The translations under genes and the position numbers were made by a program. The notes under the pieces were generated by a model that saw nothing but the letters and a program-made list of their open reading frames with translations, had not been told where the DNA came from and ran no database searches. Below, one piece after another: positions 59,926 to 64,000 of a DNA stretch of 64,000 bases (position 1 is the first letter of the stretch; the number at the start of each line of letters is the position of its first letter). The DNA lies in contig OZ244197.1 of NCBI GenBank assembly GCA_965216785.1, positions 1,056,001 to 1,120,000 of the forward strand, in the 5' to 3' direction. Origin of the DNA: Thermodesulfobacteriota bacterium (GTDB lineage Bacteria; Desulfobacterota_D; UBA1144; Nemesobacterales; UBA2774).

Positions 59926-59962
59926 ACGGGGGATGATTGATAAATCATCCCCCGTCTTTTTT
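59926..59962 (+). terminator. Strong intrinsic terminator with no upstream plus-strand CDS
   Basis: Perfect 13-bp stem ACGGGGGATGATT-GATA-AATCATCCCCCGT followed by CTTTTTT. Confidence 0.85.
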
Positions 59963-60074
59963 CTTTCTTAGCGGGTGCTTAACCCGGCAGTAATTATCAA
60001 AAGTTATGGTAGAGGCGAGCGATATCAATTAGACTTTATCATATAATAGACTGAATTTTCCGGAGGTTGATAAT

Positions 60075-60866
60075 ATGAGTGAAAGAGCGGAATATACACC
60101 TGGCACTTTCTGCTGGCCCGAGCTTGTAGCGGCTGACGCCGACAAGGCAAAAGAGTTCTATAACGGCCTCTTTAGCTGGGAGATTACGGATAATCCGATA
60201 GGTGAAGACCAGGTCTATTCCATGGCCGCTATCAGGGGAAAGGCAGTAGGGGCTATGTATCAAATGTATCAGGAGCAGGCCGAGCAGGGCGTGCCAACTT
60301 ATTGGGGGAGCTACGTGTCGGTGGCTAATGTGGACGAGACAGTGGAAAAGGCAAAATCTCTGGGTGCAAATATCATTGTAGAGCCCATGGACGTATTCGA
60401 TGCGGGGAGAATGGCGGCGATATTAGACCCTATAGGAGCCGTGATATCATTCTGGCAGCCTTTTAAGCATATAGGCGCGGAAATAGTAAATGAGAACGGC
60501 GCCCTTTTATGGAATGAGCTAGCTACAAATGAAACTGATAAAGCAAAAGAATTCTACTGTGACCTGCTCGGATGGACCGCACAGGATATGAGCTTAGGCG
60601 GTATAGACTATAAGCTGTTAATGAACGGGAAGACTATGGCGGGCGGTATAATCTCGATGCAGGAGGAATGGTGCGATATGCCGCCTGTTTGGTTTGTGTA
60701 CTTTGCGGTCGATGACTGTGATGGCACTGTTCAAAAGGCGGAGTCCCTGGGCGGTAAGGTTGTAAGTCCGCCAAAGGACCTTGAAGGAATAGGGAGGATT
60801 GCTATGCTAACCGATTCTCAGGGCGCTTTGTTTGGCATAACTGAGCTTAACCAGTTGCCGGACTAA
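60075..60866 (+). CDS. VOC family protein (two-domain, CFP32/glyoxalase-like)
   Basis: PGTFCWPEL...FY..LF.W repeated as LLWNEL...FY..LLGW; GR.A...DP.GA. Confidence 0.92.
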   Translation: MSERAEYTPGTFCWPELVAADADKAKEFYNGLFSWEITDNPIGEDQVYSMAAIRGKAVGAMYQMYQEQAEQGVPTYWGSYVSVANVDETVEKAKSLGANIIVEPMDVFDAGRMAAILDPIGAVISFWQPFKHIGAEIVNENGALLWNELATNETDKAKEFYCDLLGWTAQDMSLGGIDYKLLMNGKTMAGGIISMQEEWCDMPPVWFVYFAVDDCDGTVQKAESLGGKVVSPPKDLEGIGRIAMLTDSQGALFGITELNQLPD

Positions 60867-60987
60867 ATTATTAGCTAATCCTGGATGGAATAGGCACCTA
60901 GTCTAGCTCCACCCTTAAGTCTTATCGATTGTTATTCAAAATTCTGGAATTTATAAGGTTTATAACATTCTATGATCGGTTTCAAGG

Positions 60988-61281
60988 TTAGCCCTTGTTG
61001 TTTTTTCGGTGAGTATTTTTAGTCCTTACGTGAAACCCCGGCGGCTTGTTTTTTATCCATTTAACGAACTTTCTGATATTATAGTTCTCAAGAATCCTGT
61101 CGATGGTATTGTAATAATTGTAGAGCTCGCGCTCTGTAAAAGTAGCGTGTATCTGTCTGTGGCACACACGGTGGAGAAGCACTATTTCACGGCCTTTAAG
61201 CGAGCGGGGTATCAAATGGTGCTTGCTAGGCTTTTCGGGAAGCTCACGTCCGCATAGTGGGCATATGCCGTTATCATCCAT
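60988..61281 (-). CDS. Small HNH endonuclease-like protein
   Basis: CPLCGR...HHLIPR...HRVCHRQIH. Confidence 0.85.
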   Translation of the reverse strand: MDDNGICPLCGRELPEKPSKHHLIPRSLKGREIVLLHRVCHRQIHATFTERELYNYYNTIDRILENYNIRKFVKWIKNKPPGFHVRTKNTHRKNNKG

Positions 61282-61353
61282 AAATTACACTATACTCGAT
61301 TGGGTTTTATCTATTAAGGGCTCAAGCAGGACAGGGTTAATTGGACAAGACCG

Positions 61354-62112
61354 TTAAAGCATCTGCCTTTTCTTTATAAACGGCACGTGGATCTGGTCTT
61401 TCTTATAGTTTCCGGTAAGTGCGTACATGACCATATTTATACCAAGCCTCATAGCAAGCTCTCTTTGTGATTCGCCGCCCGGTATGCACTCATATTCCCA
61501 CTTGCCGAATTCGTCTTCAGACCATGCGCCCCCAAGATCGTTCCTGGAGTAAAAAACCGAAGTACGGTCTTCATCCGTGAAAGTAATGCCCTCTAAGTAG
61601 GGTGAAATCAACTTGCGCCCGCCAGCGGAATGGAGGAGATAAAAGGATTTATATACAACGTGGTCCTGGGGGAGCTTAGTCAGTTGAATCTCAGGAATAA
61701 TGTAGTGAAACTCTTTTCTTATCTGAGCGTCAAAAGCACTGTCCCTTGAGCCCGATACGTCGTCCACGATCAGTGTCCCGCCTAATTTTAAATATTTCCT
61801 GAGGTTCCTTCTCTCTTCATTAGTGAAAGGCTCAAAGCTGCCGGTGCCTGCTAAATATAGAAACGGGTACTGGAAAAGATCGGAATCGCCAAGTTTAAGC
61901 ACCTTTTTATCATAGGACGTTTTAACGCTGGTTCGAAGCTCGATCGAGCTAAGTAGTCTATTGTGCGCCCTTGGTCTTGGGTCCCAGTCGCCGTCGTAGG
62001 AAAGTTGAGCGAAATGGAATTTCGAGCCCTCGTTAAATCCGAGAAGGGGAAGCGAAAGCGCGCACACCGACAATGAGAGTGCATTTCTTATGAATTTTCT
62101 TCTATTTAACAC
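61354..62112 (-). CDS. DUF4159 domain protein with Tat-like signal
   Basis: NRRKFI signal; LFQYPFLY, LRKYL..GG, HVVYKSFY, GINMVMYALTGNYK.DQ.H. Confidence 0.85.
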   Translation of the reverse strand: MLNRRKFIRNALSLSVCALSLPLLGFNEGSKFHFAQLSYDGDWDPRPRAHNRLLSSIELRTSVKTSYDKKVLKLGDSDLFQYPFLYLAGTGSFEPFTNEERRNLRKYLKLGGTLIVDDVSGSRDSAFDAQIRKEFHYIIPEIQLTKLPQDHVVYKSFYLLHSAGGRKLISPYLEGITFTDEDRTSVFYSRNDLGGAWSEDEFGKWEYECIPGGESQRELAMRLGINMVMYALTGNYKKDQIHVPFIKKRQML

Positions 62113-62271
62113 TGTGAAATAATATAGGGGGGATTACCCAAGTCTGTCAAGCGGATATAGAAAACCTTCGTCCTATACCCACACCCTAACCAATGGGCAT
62201 TAGAAAAGAAAAATAGCGTAACTACCTAGAGCGGCAACTCTAAAAATGAATATCTATAACTAAGAAAGCAG

Positions 62272-62481
62272 CTATTCGCCGCCGGCCTTAACTACACTTG
62301 TTGCCTGAGGACCCTTCGGTCCATCTGTTATCTCAAACTCTACGGCTTCGCCCTCTGTAAGGCTCTTATATCCATCGCCTTCTATAACGCTGTAATGGAC
62401 AAAGACGTCCTTATCTATCTCATCAGACTGGATAAATCCGTAGCCTTTTGAACTGTTAAACCACTTTACTGTACCCTGCAT
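62272..62481 (-). CDS. Cold-shock protein
   Basis: GTVKWFN..KGYGFI, DVFVHYS, GPKGPQA. Confidence 0.97.
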   Translation of the reverse strand: MQGTVKWFNSSKGYGFIQSDEIDKDVFVHYSVIEGDGYKSLTEGEAVEFEITDGPKGPQATSVVKAGGE

Positions 62482-62605
62482 AAAACGAACTACCTCCTAA
62501 ATTCTAATTCGAGCCTTATAATCGCACGATTTAGCAGATTTGTCAAATGATATTTTTGCGTAAATGTTTGATAGGGGGCGGCGTTTACGTTAGTTTAATG
62601 TTCCT

Positions 62606-63754
62606 ATGCTGGACAAAAATATGATAGATAGATACAGAAGTGAGTTTCCCATAGTTAAGAGCTCTGTATATCTTGACCACGCGGGTGTGGCCCCTGTCCC
62701 GCTCAGGGTAAAAAATGAAGTAGAGGGGTTTTTAAGCCGCGCATCTGAAAAAGCAATACTGGATTATGATTCCTGGATGGACAGGGTCGAGCAAGTAAGG
62801 GCTGCGTCTGCGGCACTAATAGGCTCTCAAAAAGATGAAATGGCCTTTATAAAAAACACTTCCCACGGGATCTCTTTGGTGACGGGCGGACTTGATTGGA
62901 AAGAGGGGGACAATGTCATTATTTCAGACAAAGAGTTCCCCGCTAACGTGTATCCGTGGCTCGATCTGAAAAGCAAGGGGGTTGAAGTAAGGGTCGTACC
63001 TTTTACAGGCGGGATAATAAGAATAGAGGATATTGAAGGGCTTATGGACTCCCGGACCAGGGTTCTATCTACAAGCTCGGTGCAGTCCGTAAACGGGTTT
63101 AGGATTGATCTGAAGAAGCTCGGAGAGATTTGCAATAAACGCGGCGTACTGTTGTTTGTGGACGCAATTCAGAGTCTTGGTGTAGTGCCAATGGATGTAA
63201 AGGGAATTGGGGTAGACTTTCTTGCAGCCGACGGGCATAAATGGCTCCTTTCGCCGGAGGGCGCCGGGATATTTTACTGCAAAAGGGAACTTGCTGAAAC
63301 TCTCAAGCCTGCTTTGATCGGCTGGATGTCGGTTGAGGGTGAAAACGAATTTGAGAAAATTGATTACAATCTGAAATCTCATGCGGGAAGGTTTGAAGAA
63401 GGCACTTATAATGTCATGGGAATCCACGCTCTAGGCGCTTCACTGGATATGATTTGCGAAATCGGTGTAAGCGATATATATGAGCGGGTAATAGGCTTGG
63501 GAGAGTTGATAATAGAGGAGTCCGATAAGAGGGGTTTTGAGATAAAATCTCCGCGTAATCACAGAAGTAGAGGAGGAATTGTCTCATTTTCAGGTGATTT
63601 TGATCCCGCGGATATTCGGGATAAGCTAATGAAATCAAATATAGTTATAAATGAGCGGGGTGGCGCTTTGAGGTTAGCTCCCCACTTTTACAATACCGAA
63701 GAAGAGATTCTGAGATTCTTCAGAGAGCTCGATACACTCCTAGGTGAATCATGA
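62606..63754 (+). CDS. Class V PLP-dependent enzyme (C-S lyase/desulfurase-like)
   Basis: YLDHAG, NTSHG, EFPANV, VDAIQSLG, DGHKWLL, FEEGT, LRLAPHFYNT. Confidence 0.9.
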   Translation: MLDKNMIDRYRSEFPIVKSSVYLDHAGVAPVPLRVKNEVEGFLSRASEKAILDYDSWMDRVEQVRAASAALIGSQKDEMAFIKNTSHGISLVTGGLDWKEGDNVIISDKEFPANVYPWLDLKSKGVEVRVVPFTGGIIRIEDIEGLMDSRTRVLSTSSVQSVNGFRIDLKKLGEICNKRGVLLFVDAIQSLGVVPMDVKGIGVDFLAADGHKWLLSPEGAGIFYCKRELAETLKPALIGWMSVEGENEFEKIDYNLKSHAGRFEEGTYNVMGIHALGASLDMICEIGVSDIYERVIGLGELIIEESDKRGFEIKSPRNHRSRGGIVSFSGDFDPADIRDKLMKSNIVINERGGALRLAPHFYNTEEEILRFFRELDTLLGES

Positions 63755-63800
63755 ACACCTTGAACGCAAATTGTGTAGACCACCGGCTTGTTTTTACGTT

Positions 63801-64000
63801 TTAATGAAAGAACCTTGCGCCTGTCATACCTAAAACCGCTCCAACCAGGATGCCGTAGACAACATGACCCGCGAAATGTCCGATAGCCACTTGAGAGCCC
63901 GCATTCCTGAACTGCTCCAAGGGGTGGTGCTCCGCGACGGCAACTACCAGAATGAAGCCGAACGCGACACCGTGAAAAACCCCGATCATGGTCCCCGCTC
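63801..64000 (-). CDS. Membrane protein, C-terminal part (starts beyond window)
   Basis: Frame open to the window edge; hydrophobic helices with EHHPL and GHFAGHVVYG. Confidence 0.7.
   Translation of the reverse strand, partial: AGTMIGVFHGVAFGFILVVAVAEHHPLEQFRNAGSQVAIGHFAGHVVYGILVGAVLGMTGARFFH

Noticed and set aside
1-64000. CRISPR array, IS element, prophage or defence island
   Set aside because: No regularly spaced repeats, transposase, integrase or phage genes seen; the lone small HNH gene has no supporting context.

Overview
A mostly core-genome bacterial window of moderate GC with about 65 CDSs and one tRNA-Met(CAT). I saw no CRISPR array, integrase, transposase or prophage. The gene set (IPTL-CTERM proteins, lolA, sigma-54 pilus promoter, bactofilin next to parAB) suggests a diderm Desulfobacterota-related lineage, possibly Ca. 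Dadabacteria; this is inference only. Housekeeping genes are HU, coaBC, msrB, SCO/PCuAC, parAB, purSQ, nuoN and nuoABCD (split), ftsK-lolA, rluB, tmk-holB-metG and a cold-shock gene. Accessory content includes two tandem paralogous secreted proteins, CPA2/APC/MIP/RND/MFS transporters, two repressor-target modules with duplicated operators, a tusA-cysM-mec-moeB sulfur-transfer operon with no visible ubiquitin-like carrier, a sigma-54-type minor-pilin/PilY1 operon with a 1639-aa insertion-rich PilY1, an orphan cofE, and a TMTC-like glycosyltransferase convergent with a DPPR-synthase-like UbiA. Signals missing from the ORF track include an IPTL-CTERM gene relic, an APC permease that seems to need a non-canonical (ATT) start, many apparently leaderless genes, up to three orphan CU-rich (anti-SD-like) small-RNA candidates, a possible nhaA-I-like riboswitch and a REP-like cluster. 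All calls were made by eye from motifs; no searches were run.
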